DNA of 64,000 nucleotides from an uncultured Acidobacteriota bacterium. GTDB lineage: Bacteria > Acidobacteriota > Vicinamibacteria > Fen-336. Below are positions 1 to 10,699 of the stretch, piece after piece. How positions within the stretch are numbered: position 1 is the stretch's first letter; each line of letters opens with the position of its first letter. A program made the position numbers and the translations under genes. A model generated the notes under the pieces. That model was not told the origin of the DNA. It searched no databases and saw only the letters and a list, made by a program, of their open reading frames with translations. Location: positions 1,184,001 through 1,248,000 of the forward strand of contig OY970399.1 in NCBI GenBank assembly GCA_963720545.1. Direction: 5' to 3'.

Positions 1-303
1 GGTGGTGAAGCCGCTCGATTTCGTCGCCCGCGATCAACGCGGCGTCGTCCAGCCCGCCGCTCAAGATCCGAGGACGTGAGTACCTGCGAATCATTTACGG
101 GCCGGAGTACGACCGTCCGGAGAACCTGGAGCGACTGCGCGCACGAGGTCTTGTCATCGAAGCGCTCGCTCGCGCTGCGCGAGTTCGCCCTTGGCATCGA
201 GGGCCTCGAACGCTTCGTCCGCGGCGAGCCGCTCCGCCGCGTTCATGAGTGCGCCTTCGGCGTGCTGGCCCTGGAAAGCGAACCCGTGGATCCTCGGTTG
301 TAA
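1..303 (+). CDS. pnkp: Polynucleotide kinase-phosphatase/ligase (bacterial Pnkp, Pnkp-Hen1 RNA repair), 3' end only, with two apparent +1 frameshifts
   Basis: Joining frames 2, 3 and 1 gives VVKPLDF...QPA/LKIRGREYLRIIYGPEY...RLRARGL/SSKRSLALREFALGIEGLERFVRGEPLRRVHECAFGVLALESEPVDPRL, the characteristic Pnkp ligase-domain C-terminus; shifts near 58 and 152. Confidence 0.88.
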   Translation, partial: GGEAARFRRPRSTRRRPARRSRSEDVSTCESFTGRSTTVRRTWSDCAHEVLSSKRSLALREFALGIEGLERFVRGEPLRRVHECAFGVLALESEPVDPRL

Positions 304-319
304 GGTTGTCGTGCGACGC

Positions 320-781
320 TTACAAGCCCCATGATGTGCGCCAGCTTTGCGGTGTGTCGAATCCGGCGAGCGAGGCGAAGAGGCTCCATTGGCCGTGATG
401 GATTGCCTCGTGCTGGACGAACTCCCAGGTGAAGAGCGCGAAGGTGAAGGGGGTTCCGTCCCAGTCGATCACTGCGCCGATGTCAGCGGCTTCGAGGGTT
501 GCGAGCAGCTGCCGCTGTTTGTCGTCGAGGGCTTTGAGGAGCGCGTCGCGGGTCAACAGCCCGGAGTAGTGGTCGTGCTTTCGCTTCCAGTCCACCTTTC
601 CAGTCGCCAGCGCCGCGTTGTAGACGCCGCGCACGCAGACGAGGTGGCGCACCTGCTCGCAGAACGGCGCGAAGCCTTCGCCGGAACGTTGTGTCCACTT
701 GTCGTCGGGTACCGCGCGCACGAAATCGACGGTCATCCGATGGAGTATCTGGCTGTACCTGGCGAAGTCATCGATCGACAT
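320..781 (-). CDS. DinB family protein
   Basis: 153 aa, helical, with QVRHL and C-terminal HEAIHHGQ metal-binding motif of the DinB/YfiT fold. Confidence 0.8.
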   Translation of the reverse strand: MSIDDFARYSQILHRMTVDFVRAVPDDKWTQRSGEGFAPFCEQVRHLVCVRGVYNAALATGKVDWKRKHDHYSGLLTRDALLKALDDKQRQLLATLEAADIGAVIDWDGTPFTFALFTWEFVQHEAIHHGQWSLFASLAGFDTPQSWRTSWGL

Positions 782-790
782 GGAGCGATG

Positions 791-1708
791 CTAGTGGCGC
801 GCGACGATGGCGTCGATCGCGGCCACGTCGATCTCGTAGATGTCGCCGAGGCCATTGCCCGGGCCGTCGATGCGGCGTTGCAGGGCCGCCGCGTCCATCT
901 TCGCGGTTGATGGCGCGTCGTTGACTGCGCGGCAGCTCGACCAAATGAACTTGCGGCCGTCGCGGGAGATGGACGGCGAATACTCCTGGCGCGGCGAGTT
1001 GACCTTCGGGCCGAGATTGACGGGTGCGGTCCACGCGCCGTCCTTGCGCGCGCTTGCGTAGATGTCACAACCGCCGAGGCTGTCGGGGCGGCCGCACGAC
1101 ATGAAGTAGAGGCGGTTGCCGTCGGGCGACACGTAGGGCTCGAAGTCGTCGGCGCCGGAATTCACGGCGTCCAGGTTCTCAACGTCGGTGAAGCGGCCGT
1201 CCACTGCGCGGGCGCGATAGAGGTCGGTTTGGCCGTGGCCGCCGGCACGATCCGAGCCGAAGAACAGCGAACCGTCGGGGGCGATCGTCGGATACCACTC
1301 GCTGCCGCTGCTGTTGACGGGCGCGCCCAGGTTGCGGGGTGTGCCCCAGCCGGCGCCGGCCTTGTCCATCACCCAGATGTCGGTGTCTTCCCTGCTCGCC
1401 GTGCCGTCGACCGGCCGCTTCGAGATGAAGAAGAGTTTCCCGCCATCATTAGTAATGAAGGGGTCGGCGTCGGAGAAGACGCCGGAGAAAGGTGCCACCT
1501 GCGCTTCGCTCCAGTGGCCGCCGCGCAGCGTCGACACCACGATCGTCCAGAACTGGAACGTCGGCGTACTGCGGATGAAGTAGAGCGTGCGGCCATCGGG
1601 CGTGAACGACGGATGGCTGTCGAATGTGCCACGCGAGATCTCGCCGGGTGCAAACAGTTGCGGTTCGGTGGCGGCGAGGGCGGTGGCGAGCAGGAGCGCG
1701 AATCTCAT
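791..1708 (-). CDS. Secreted PD40/TolB-like beta-propeller protein
   Basis: Start re-called at ATG 1708 (MRFALLLATALAA signal peptide); repeated PSFTPDGRTLYF / PTIAPDGSLFFGSDR / PYVSPDGNRLYF units. Confidence 0.8.
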   Translation of the reverse strand: MRFALLLATALAATEPQLFAPGEISRGTFDSHPSFTPDGRTLYFIRSTPTFQFWTIVVSTLRGGHWSEAQVAPFSGVFSDADPFITNDGGKLFFISKRPVDGTASREDTDIWVMDKAGAGWGTPRNLGAPVNSSGSEWYPTIAPDGSLFFGSDRAGGHGQTDLYRARAVDGRFTDVENLDAVNSGADDFEPYVSPDGNRLYFMSCGRPDSLGGCDIYASARKDGAWTAPVNLGPKVNSPRQEYSPSISRDGRKFIWSSCRAVNDAPSTAKMDAAALQRRIDGPGNGLGDIYEIDVAAIDAIVARH

Positions 1709-1792
1709 CAGGCCACTGTAGAACAAGTGGCACTCCTGCGAACCGTGCAATTGGGCCTGTCCGACGGGGGCGCGATACGGGAAGGTGGACCA

Positions 1793-2371
1793 ATGGGCCA
1801 CTACACCATTCGACTTGCCGTCGTTGCCACGCTGTTCACGCTCTTGCTGACGTTCATCGAGCCGGTGTCGGCTGCAGCGCCGCCGGCGCCGCGCGACGGT
1901 GCTCACGACTTCGACTTCCACATCGGCACGTGGAAGACGCACCTGCGGCGCTTGCGGCATCCCCTGAGCGGTTCGAGCGAGTGGCTGGAGTATGACGGCA
2001 CAACCGTCGTCCGGCCGGTGTGGGGCGGCCGGGCGAACCTCGTGGAACTCGACGTGACCGGGCCGGCCGGGCATCTCGAGGGCCTGTCGCTGCGGCTCTA
2101 CAACCCGGAGTCGCGGCAGTGGAGCCTCAACTTCTCGAATACCGCCAGCGGCACGATGAGCGTGCCGACGGTCGGCGAGTTCAGTGGCGGCCGCGGCGAG
2201 TTCTATGACCAGGAGCTGCTGAACGGTCGGGCCATCCTGGTGCGCTTCGTCATCTCCGACATCACCGCCAATTCGGTCCATTTCGAGCAGGCTTTCTCCG
2301 GCGACGGGGGGAAGACCTGGGAGGTGAACTGGGTTGCGGTGGATACAAGGGAGATCCCTCGGGGCCAGTGA
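1793..2371 (+). CDS. Secreted hypothetical protein, DUF1579-like beta-rich
   Basis: Start re-called at ATG 1793; signal peptide, DGAHDFDFHIGTW and FEQAFSGDGGKTWEVNW motifs. Confidence 0.65.
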   Translation: MGHYTIRLAVVATLFTLLLTFIEPVSAAAPPAPRDGAHDFDFHIGTWKTHLRRLRHPLSGSSEWLEYDGTTVVRPVWGGRANLVELDVTGPAGHLEGLSLRLYNPESRQWSLNFSNTASGTMSVPTVGEFSGGRGEFYDQELLNGRAILVRFVISDITANSVHFEQAFSGDGGKTWEVNWVAVDTREIPRGQ

Positions 2372-2441
2372 ACGACAGGTGCCCCTCGGGAAGACAAGGA
2401 TCCCTCGGTCGCAGCGCTAGCGTTGAGCTCCTCGGGAAAAC
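2353..2441. repeat. Two tandem REP-like hairpin elements (2353-2395, 2399-2441)
   Basis: Both read GATCCCTCG-stem/loop-CTCGGGAA(G/A)AC; the first overlaps the stop of the upstream CDS. Confidence 0.7.
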
Positions 2442-2529
2442 GGAACTAGTTTCGTAGATCTTGCGTCTTTCCCCTTGCTTACCGAGGGAAGGCTTTGTAT
2501 GCTCCCCTAGGACACCGATAGGAGGGGAC

Positions 2530-5226
2530 ATGGGGGTCGGTCGCTGGTGGTCCAAGGCGCCGCTGCGGCTGCGTTCGCTCCTGCGCGGCAAGCGCGTGGA
2601 GCGGGAGCTTGCCGAGGAACTCCAGTTCCACCTGGAGCGCAAGATCGAGGAGGGCATCGCGGCCGGCATGCCGCCGCAGGAGGCGCGTTTCGCGGCGTTG
2701 CGCGCCATGGGCGGGCTGGAGCAGCGCAAGGAAGAGATCCGCGACACGCGCGGCATCCACTGGCTCACCGACCTCGTCGCCGATGCACGCTACGCCGTGC
2801 GCAGCCTGCGACGCGCGCCGGCGCTCACTGGTTTCGTGGTGCTGACGCTGGCGCTCGGCATTGGCATGACGTCCGCGACCTTCAGCATGGTGGACGCGCT
2901 GATCTTCCGCCCCTACCCCGTGCCGAATCCGCGCAATGTCGTGACACTCGTCAGCACCTCGCGCGACTCGGGGTTCGAGCCCTTCTCCTACCGCGAATAC
3001 CTCGACATCCGCCGCGGCACACACAGCTACGACGGCGTCCTCGCGAACGCGGCCCTGCAGGCTGTCGGCTTCAGTGTCGCGAGCGGCGCGACGCCGCGGG
3101 TGAAGAGCGGCATGCTCGTTTCCGGCAACTATTTCGCCGTACTCGGCGTGGAACCGCAGGTGGGCCGGACATTCCGTGAGGACGAGGACACGGCCCCCGG
3201 ACGCGACGCCGTGGTGGTGCTGGGTCCCGACGTCTGGAAGACGGAATTCGCGAGCGATCCCGCGGTCGTCGGCCGGAGCGTGCGCCTCAACGGCACCAAC
3301 TTCACCGTCATCGGCGTGGCGCCCGACAGCTTTCCCGGGATGCTGATCTTCTCGCGCCCCGACTTCTACATGCCGCTCGCCATGGCACGGGTGTTCTCGA
3401 CCAATCCGCAGAAGAACCTCCTCGAGGACCGCGACGCTCGCGAGCTGAGCGTGAAGGCGCGCCTCAAGGGCGGCACTTCGGTGGCCGACGCGGAGAGCGA
3501 GCTGTCGGTGCTCGCTCAGGTGTTCGCGCGCGACTACCCTCACCTCAACCGCGACCGCGGCGCCGGGGTGCGCACCCAGTTCGACATGCGCACCCGCGAT
3601 GACGACGTCAACTGGAAGTTCAGCGCGATCTTCACCGCGCTGGCGCTGGCCGTGCTGCTGGTGGCGTGCACCAACGTCGCCGGACTGCTGCTGAGTCGCG
3701 CGCGCACCCGGACGCGCGAGATCGCGGTGCGCCTCGCCATCGGCGCGGGCCGCTACCGGCTGGTGCGGCTGCTGCTCGCCGAGAGCCTGGTGCTCGCGCT
3801 CCTTGGCGGCCTCGCGGGCATCGCGGTCGGCTACTCGGTCATTCGCATCCTCGGCAGCTTCAAGATCCCGACCGAACTGCCGACGATCATCCCGTTCCGC
3901 ATGGACACGCGCGTGCTGTTCGCTTGTCTCGCGTTGTCCTTGTTGTGCGCGCTCCTCTCCGGGCTGGCGCCGGCGCTGCAGAGCACCCGCGCCGACCTCG
4001 TCAACGGGCTGAAGACCGCCGACGCCGACCTGCCCGGCCGCAAGCGGCTCTGGGGGCGCAGCATGCTGGTGGTCGCGCAAGTGGCGACCTCGCTGATGCT
4101 GCTGACGGCTTCCTTCCTGATGGTGCGCAGCTTCCGGGAGAACTTCGCGTCAGGCACGGGCTTCGCGAAGGATCACCTGCTGCTGGCGCGCTTCGACCCG
4201 CGCCTGGTGCAATACGACGAAGCGCAGACGGAGCGCTTCTACAAGCTACTCACCGAGCGCATGCGCGCCGCCCCGGGCGTGCGCAGCGCCGCGCTGACGC
4301 GCAGCGTGCCGCTCGGCCTGGACGGGTTCGACCGCATCGCCTTCGCGCCGGACGGTTTCACGATGCCGCGCGACCGCGCGACCTTCACCGCGATGTCGGA
4401 CACCGTCGATGAGGGCTATTTCGAGACGATGGGAATACCGCTGCTGCGCGGCCGCGGCTTCGACACCCGCGACAGCGCCGGCGCACCGCTGGTGGCGGTC
4501 GTGAACGAGCAGTTCGCGCATCACTACTGGCCAAACCAGGATGCGCTCGGCAAGCGTATCCGGCTCGACGGCGCCACCGGACCGCAGGTCGAAATCGCCG
4601 GCATCGCGCAGACAGTGAAGTACCAGAACACGGGCGAGAAGCCGCAGGACTTCGTGTACCGGCCGTTTGCCCAGGCCCCGGCCGCGCGCATGCTGCTGCT
4701 GATCCGTTCCAGCGGCGAGCCGCTGCAGCTCGTCGGCGCGCTCAAGGAAGTGGTGCGCAGCCTCGACGCGAACCTGCCGATCGTGGAGACGCGGACCTAC
4801 GAGGACCTGTACAAGTACCACACGGTGGACGGCCCGCAGTTCGCCATCAACCTCGTCATGGCCATGGGCGCCGTCGGCCTGCTGCTCGCGATCGCCGGCC
4901 TCTACGGCCTCGTCTCCTACAACGTCACCCGCCGCACGCGGGAGATCGGCATACGCCTCGCGATCGGCGCAGAACCGCGCGACGTGCTGCGGCTGATGAT
5001 GGGCAAGGGCCTGACGCTGGTTACGATCGGCACGGCGCTCGGCCTGGTCATGGGTTTCGGCGTGGAGCGCCTCATGAACGCCGCCCTCTTCAACGCGGGC
5101 GGCGTCGACATCGTGGCCTACCTGGTGGTGGTGCCGTCGATGTTCCTCGTCACCATGCTCGCCGCGTACGTGCCGGCACGGCGCGCCGCGCAGATCGCCC
5201 CGACCCAGGCGCTGCGCTACGAATAG
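2530..5226 (+). CDS. ABC permease, acidobacterial duplicated orphan permease (ADOP; MacB/FtsX-like)
   Basis: GGAGG then ATG 2530; prefix domain (ELAEELQFHLE), TLALGIG, ACTNVAGLLLSR, REIAVRLAIGA and second REIGIRLAIGA, ends ALRYE. Confidence 0.92.
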   Translation: MGVGRWWSKAPLRLRSLLRGKRVERELAEELQFHLERKIEEGIAAGMPPQEARFAALRAMGGLEQRKEEIRDTRGIHWLTDLVADARYAVRSLRRAPALTGFVVLTLALGIGMTSATFSMVDALIFRPYPVPNPRNVVTLVSTSRDSGFEPFSYREYLDIRRGTHSYDGVLANAALQAVGFSVASGATPRVKSGMLVSGNYFAVLGVEPQVGRTFREDEDTAPGRDAVVVLGPDVWKTEFASDPAVVGRSVRLNGTNFTVIGVAPDSFPGMLIFSRPDFYMPLAMARVFSTNPQKNLLEDRDARELSVKARLKGGTSVADAESELSVLAQVFARDYPHLNRDRGAGVRTQFDMRTRDDDVNWKFSAIFTALALAVLLVACTNVAGLLLSRARTRTREIAVRLAIGAGRYRLVRLLLAESLVLALLGGLAGIAVGYSVIRILGSFKIPTELPTIIPFRMDTRVLFACLALSLLCALLSGLAPALQSTRADLVNGLKTADADLPGRKRLWGRSMLVVAQVATSLMLLTASFLMVRSFRENFASGTGFAKDHLLLARFDPRLVQYDEAQTERFYKLLTERMRAAPGVRSAALTRSVPLGLDGFDRIAFAPDGFTMPRDRATFTAMSDTVDEGYFETMGIPLLRGRGFDTRDSAGAPLVAVVNEQFAHHYWPNQDALGKRIRLDGATGPQVEIAGIAQTVKYQNTGEKPQDFVYRPFAQAPAARMLLLIRSSGEPLQLVGALKEVVRSLDANLPIVETRTYEDLYKYHTVDGPQFAINLVMAMGAVGLLLAIAGLYGLVSYNVTRRTREIGIRLAIGAEPRDVLRLMMGKGLTLVTIGTALGLVMGFGVERLMNAALFNAGGVDIVAYLVVVPSMFLVTMLAAYVPARRAAQIAPTQALRYE

Positions 5227-5234
5227 CGCAGCCG

Positions 5235-7566
5235 CTAGAACCCTGCCGTAATCCCCACCCGCAGCGTCCGGCCGAAGCCGGGCGAGATGTTGGTGTTGCT
5301 GTCGGCATTGATCCAGTACGCCTTGTCGAAGACGTTCTCGAGGTTCGCCTGCAGCCGGATGTCGCGCTTCAGCGTGTAGAACGCGGCGAGATCGACGCGC
5401 GTGTAGCCGGGCAGGGTGACGGTGTTGTCGATGGTCGCGAACATGTCGGTGCGATAGAGGACGCCGACCGCAGCGCCGAGGCGCGGCATCACCTGGTAGT
5501 GGTTCCAGAGCGACAGCGTGTGGTGCGGCACCTGCGCAACCTGGGCACCTTCCCTGGCGGTGGCGGTGGCGCTGGTGACGAAGGCGTCCTGGTACGCGTA
5601 GCCGCCGGCAACACGCCACGCCGAGGTCAGGCGGCCGGCAATGCCCAGCTCGTAGCCGTTGGTGCGCTGGCTGCCGGTCTGCACGATGCGGGTCGGGTCG
5701 TTCGGGTCGAGTGCGCGCGTGTTCTCGCGGTTCAGCCGGTAGAGGGCGGTCGTGACCGAGAGTCCGGAGACCGGCTCCCACTTCGCGCCCACTTCGTAGT
5801 TGTTGAACTTCTCCGGCTTCACCTGCTCGGTGATCGTCGTCAGCGAAGAGAACTGGTCGCCGGAGCTCGGCAGGTAAGACACGGCATAGCTGCCGTAGAC
5901 CGAAACCTCCTCGACCGGCTTGTAGACGATGCCCGCGCGCGGCGACACCAGGTTGTCGTCGCGGCCGATGACGTCGCCATTGCGGTTGTTGTGATAGGTG
6001 AGGTCGAAGCGGTCGAAGCGCACGCCGCCGAGCACCTGGAAGGACGGCGACAGCTCGAGCTGGTCCTGCACATAGACCGCCGCGACGGTGGTGTCGAGGT
6101 GGTTGTCGGCGTCGGTCGGCCCCTGGCGGAACGTCACCGGCACCGTGGTCGTCGGGTTCGAATACGGCAGCAGCAGCGAGGTCGCGGTGTCGTTGAAGAA
6201 GCCGGTGTTGCGGAAGTTGTCGGTGTTCTGGTTGCCGAGCTCGAAGCCGGCGAGCAGCGTGTGCTTGAGCGAGCCGGTCTCAGCCGTATAGATGAGGTCG
6301 GTCTGGCTGAAGAGGTTGGCACGCTGCGTAGCGTTGTTGTAAGCGGTGAGCGTGACCGTCGCCTTGTCGGCGCTGACGACGCCCGGAACGTAGTTCTGGT
6401 AGAAGCGGTCGTAGTTGCCGTAGGTGGTGCGGTTGCGCAGCGTGAGGTTGCCGGCCTTGTGCTCGGCGGTCGCGCTGACGAGGTCGACGCCGGCGCGCAC
6501 GTGGCTGTCGGCCGGGTTGCCGTAGAAGGTGGAGACATCGATGTCCGCCGGACGGCCCGCGAACGAGGTGATGCCGCGGTCGGCAACGCGCGTGTCGTGC
6601 AGGTGCTCGTATGAAACCGTCAGGCGCGTCGCCGGGCTCGCCGCGAAGGTGAGGGTCGGGTTGAACGCGTAGCGCTGCAGGTCCACGCCGTCGCGAAAGC
6701 TGTCGGAGTTCTCGTACATGGTGTTGAAGCGCAGCGCGAACTTGTCGTTCAACGGCTCGGTCGAAGTCTGCCGACACGCGCTTGTGGCCGAACTCCCCCG
6801 CCTGCAGCGTAACCTCGCGCATCGGCCGGAACAGCGCCTCCTTGGTGACGCGGTTGACGACACCGCCGCCGCCGCCGCGGCCGAAGATCATCGCGTTCGG
6901 CCCCTTCAGGGCCTCCACGCGGTCGAGGTTGTAGAGGTCGCGGTAATACTGCACGTCGTCGCGCACGCCGTTCACGAAGAAGTCGGCCGACGAACTGTTG
7001 CCGCGGATGATCACCTGGTCGCGGTTGTTCTCGCCCTGGTGCACCTGGATGCCGGGCGTGTAGCGCATGACGTCGCCGATGCTCAGCATCATCTGGTCGT
7101 GGATCAGCTCGCGGGTCGTCACCGTCACCGACTGCGGCACGTCGCGCAGCGGCGTTGCGGTCCGGGTGCCGCTGGTGATCACGTCCACGTCGTAGTCGCC
7201 GGGTGCGCGCACCGTGACCGACTCGCCGAACGTCGCCACCTTCATCGCGAACTCGAGCGACGCGGCGTCGCCCGCTCCCGCGGCCAGTTCCTGCCGCGCC
7301 TCGCCGAATCCGGCGGCAGCGACCTTGACGGTGTAGCTCCCCGGCGCCAATGCCAGGGTGAACTCGCCGTTGCCGTTGGTCTGCGCGGTCGCCATTTCGC
7401 CGCCGCCTTGCGGGACCGCTGCGACACGGGCGCCGGCGATGGCCGCGCGCGACGGATCGAGCACGCGGCCGCGCAGGGTGAAGCTTGCCGCCGCCGCGAA
7501 CAGCGGGGCGGTGGCAAGCGCCAGCACGGTTGCCAGAGTGATGATGAACTTGAATTTCATTTTCAT
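5235..7566 (-). CDS. TonB-dependent siderophore receptor with N-terminal carboxypeptidase-regulatory-like domain; one frameshift near 6759
   Basis: ORF 6280..7590 gives signal peptide and plug (PLRDVPQSVTV, RVEALKGP); ORF 5235..6863 gives the barrel ending in F; they join at SADFD/PLNDKF. Confidence 0.88.
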
Positions 7567-7605
7567 AGCATCGTGACGATACTGCGCCAATTCAAGCGAG
7601 TCAAC

Positions 7606-7632
7606 TGAAAATGAAATTGGACTCCATTTTCA
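7606..7632. promoter_or_regulatory. AT-rich inverted repeat, possible Fur-type iron operator
   Basis: TGAAAATG-N11-CATTTTCA, 40 bp upstream of the siderophore receptor start; resembles overlapping Fur boxes. Confidence 0.5.
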
Positions 7633-7645
7633 TGGGGCCTCGGGC

Positions 7646-10600
7646 TCAGGCCGTCGTGCGGCGGCGCTCCTGCCAGCCCTCGAGGGCCGCGTAGATGGTG
7701 GGTACCGCGAACAGCGTCACCGCTGTCGAGAGAGTCAAGCCGCCGATCACCACGAGTGCCAGCGGCTGCTGCAGTTCGGCGCCGGCGCCAAGGCCGAGCG
7801 ACAGCGGTAACAGCCCGAAGAGCGTGCACAACGTGGTCATCAGGATGGGGCGCAGGCGCACGCGGGCGGCGCGGCGGATCGCGTCGCCAAGCGGCATTCC
7901 GGCGTCGCGCAGGCGGTGAGCGTAGTCGAGCATGACGATGCCGTTCTTCACGGTGAGGCCGATGAGCAGGATGAAACCCATCGCCGATGAGACGTTGAGC
8001 TCGGTGCCGGTGGCGAGCAGGATGAGGAGCGCGCCGCCGAAAGACAGCGGCGCCGCCGCCAGGATGATCGCCGCGGGGATGAACGACCGGAACTCGATCA
8101 CCAGCAGCAGCAGCACCAGCGACGCCGCGATCGCGAGCACAGCGAGGATCTGGCGGAAGGCCTGCTGCTGCGATTCGTATTGCCCGCCCACCTCCGTCGT
8201 ATAGCCGACGGGCAGCTTCACGGAAGCAAGAGCGCTGCGCACGTCCGCAACTGCGCTGCCCAGCGAGCGGCCCTCGAGGTGGCCGGTGACGAACGCCATC
8301 TCGCGCAGGTTCTCGCGCACCAGCACGCTCTCGCCGGGCACCGTCTCCGGATGCGCCAGAGCGCCGAGCGGCACCACTGCTCCCTGCGGCCCGCGCACGC
8401 CCGTGGCCGCGACCTTCGCCGGATCGAAGCGGACGGCATCGGGATAGCGGACGCGCACCGGCACCGGCCGCTCGCCACCGCCGCCGCCCACGCGCAGGCT
8501 GGTGGCCACCTGCCCCAGCAGCGCGCCGTGCACCTGGTCGGCGACGTCCGCCACGCTCAGCCCCAGGCGGCCGGCGGCCGCGGGGTCCACCTGCCACGTC
8601 TCCTCCGGTCCCCCGCTCTGGGTACCGACGATGTCCACCAGCCCGTCGATGCTCGCGAGCTTGCCCTCGAGCGTCTCGGACAACTCCTGCAGAGTCTTCG
8701 GGTCGTCGCCGAAGATCTTCACCTCCACCGGCGCCGACGAGCCTTCGAGGTCGCCCAGCATGTCCTGCAGCAACTGCACGAACTCCACTTCCGTGCCCGG
8801 CATCGCCTCCGTCAGCTTGTCGCGCAGGTCGGCGATGATCTCGTCGCTGCTGCGGCTGCGTTCGCCGCGCCGCTTCAGCCGCACCAGGATGTCGCCTTCG
8901 TTCGCCGGGGTCGCGAAGATGCCCATCTCCGAACCGGTGCGCCGCGAGAACGCCGCCACCTCAGGGGTTGCGGAGAGGATCGACTCGGCCTTGCGGATGG
9001 TGGCGTCGGTCGTCTCGATCGCAGTGCCCGGCGGCGTGAGGTAGTCGATGACGAAGCCGCCCTCGTCCATGTGCGGCAGAAAACCGGTCGGCACAAAAAG
9101 GAAGAGCGCGCCCATCGCAATCACCAGCCCCGCCATCGCCAGGAACACCGGCCGTGGACGGCGCATCACACCGTCGAGCGCCGCGCCGTAGCGCCGCTGC
9201 AGTGCCGATTCGCGTGGTGCTTCCGGCCGGCGGGCGGCGGCAAAGCTCCAGCGCGCCAGCAGCGGAATGAGGGTGAGGGCGAGCCCCAGCGAGATCAGCA
9301 CCGCAACCGAGAGCGTGATCGAGAGCGCGCGGAAGAACTGTCCGGCGACACCCGACAGGAGCGCCAACGGCGCGAACACCACCACGGTGGTGAGCGTCGA
9401 GCCGACCACCGGCGCCACCAGCTCCGAGGTCGCGGCCTCGACCGCACCGGCGCCCTCGGCCTGGTCGAGATGGCGGTGGATGTTCTCCACCACCACCACG
9501 GCATCGTCGATGACGAGGCCGATCGCGACCGCCAGCCCGCCCATCGACATCAGGTTCACCGTCTGCCCGAAGAGCTTCATGAAGAGGAAGGTCGTGAAGA
9601 CGGTGAGCGGCAGTGTGAGCGCCGCGACCGCAGTGACCCGCCAGTCGCGCAGGAACAGGAACAGCACGGCCACCGCCAGCAATCCGCCCGCGAGGATGGC
9701 GTCGCGCACGCTGCCGATGGCGTCATCCACGAAGCCGGCGAGGTCGTAGACCTTGGCGATCGCGAGACCGGCGGGCAGGCTGCGCGCGAGCTCCGCAAGC
9801 TGCCTGGCGACGCCGTCGCGCACCTCGAGGATGCGCGCTCCAAGCTGCTTCGAGACGTTGACGACGGCCGCCGGGCGGCCGTTGCCGGCCACCAGCACGG
9901 TGCGATCGGGCGCTCCGGGAAAGACGCTGCCGACGTCGGCGACCCGCACCGTCGCGCCACCGGCGGTGACGAGCGGCGCCTGCCGGATCTGCTCGGCGTC
10001 CGTCCACATGCCGGACGCGAGCACCAGCACCTGCTTCCCCGCACGCGGGTAGCGGCCCACCGCTGCCAGCCGGTTCGCGGAATCGAGCGCGCCCGCGACG
10101 CCGGGAACGGTGAGGCCGCTCGCCAGCATGCGCGCCGGGTCCACGACCACCTCCAGCTCGCGCGTGTCGCTCGCCTGCACCGCCACCCTGCCGACACCCG
10201 GGACGCGGGCCAGCGCGGGCCGCATTACGTAGAAGGCGTAGTCGTGGAGGTCGGCCGCGGACAGACCGCCGGTGAGGTTGTAGCTCAGCATCGGGAACTG
10301 CTCGGGCGTGAGGCGCTCGACCGTCAGATCGATGTCGGCGGGAAGCTCCGAGCGCAATTCCGCCACGTGGTTCTGCACCTGCTGGAGCGCCAGCACGATG
10401 TCGGTGTCGGGCGCGAACTGCGCCGAGATCTCGGTCGCACCGCGGAAGGTCGTGGAGCGCACCCGGCGCACGCCCGGCACTTCCATGATGGCCTCCTCGA
10501 TGGGCCGCGTGACCTGCGCCATCATCATGCGGCCTGGTGTCGTGCCGACGTGCGCCACCACGATGACGCGCGGAAACACGAGCGGCGGATAGATGTCGCT

Positions 10601-10699
10601 CGGCAGCGACGGCAGCGCCCAGAGCCCGCCGGCAGCGAGCAGCACAACGCACAGAGCAACGCCGCGGCCGTGCCGCTGCGCGAGGCCGGCGACACTCAT
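7646..10699 (-). CDS. RND efflux permease (AcrB/CusA family)
   Basis: 1017 aa; GLVIDDAVVVVENI, KNGIVMLD, RLRPILMTT motifs. Confidence 0.95.
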   Translation of the reverse strand: MSVAGLAQRHGRGVALCVVLLAAGGLWALPSLPSDIYPPLVFPRVIVVAHVGTTPGRMMMAQVTRPIEEAIMEVPGVRRVRSTTFRGATEISAQFAPDTDIVLALQQVQNHVAELRSELPADIDLTVERLTPEQFPMLSYNLTGGLSAADLHDYAFYVMRPALARVPGVGRVAVQASDTRELEVVVDPARMLASGLTVPGVAGALDSANRLAAVGRYPRAGKQVLVLASGMWTDAEQIRQAPLVTAGGATVRVADVGSVFPGAPDRTVLVAGNGRPAAVVNVSKQLGARILEVRDGVARQLAELARSLPAGLAIAKVYDLAGFVDDAIGSVRDAILAGGLLAVAVLFLFLRDWRVTAVAALTLPLTVFTTFLFMKLFGQTVNLMSMGGLAVAIGLVIDDAVVVVENIHRHLDQAEGAGAVEAATSELVAPVVGSTLTTVVVFAPLALLSGVAGQFFRALSITLSVAVLISLGLALTLIPLLARWSFAAARRPEAPRESALQRRYGAALDGVMRRPRPVFLAMAGLVIAMGALFLFVPTGFLPHMDEGGFVIDYLTPPGTAIETTDATIRKAESILSATPEVAAFSRRTGSEMGIFATPANEGDILVRLKRRGERSRSSDEIIADLRDKLTEAMPGTEVEFVQLLQDMLGDLEGSSAPVEVKIFGDDPKTLQELSETLEGKLASIDGLVDIVGTQSGGPEETWQVDPAAAGRLGLSVADVADQVHGALLGQVATSLRVGGGGGERPVPVRVRYPDAVRFDPAKVAATGVRGPQGAVVPLGALAHPETVPGESVLVRENLREMAFVTGHLEGRSLGSAVADVRSALASVKLPVGYTTEVGGQYESQQQAFRQILAVLAIAASLVLLLLVIEFRSFIPAAIILAAAPLSFGGALLILLATGTELNVSSAMGFILLIGLTVKNGIVMLDYAHRLRDAGMPLGDAIRRAARVRLRPILMTTLCTLFGLLPLSLGLGAGAELQQPLALVVIGGLTLSTAVTLFAVPTIYAALEGWQERRRTTA

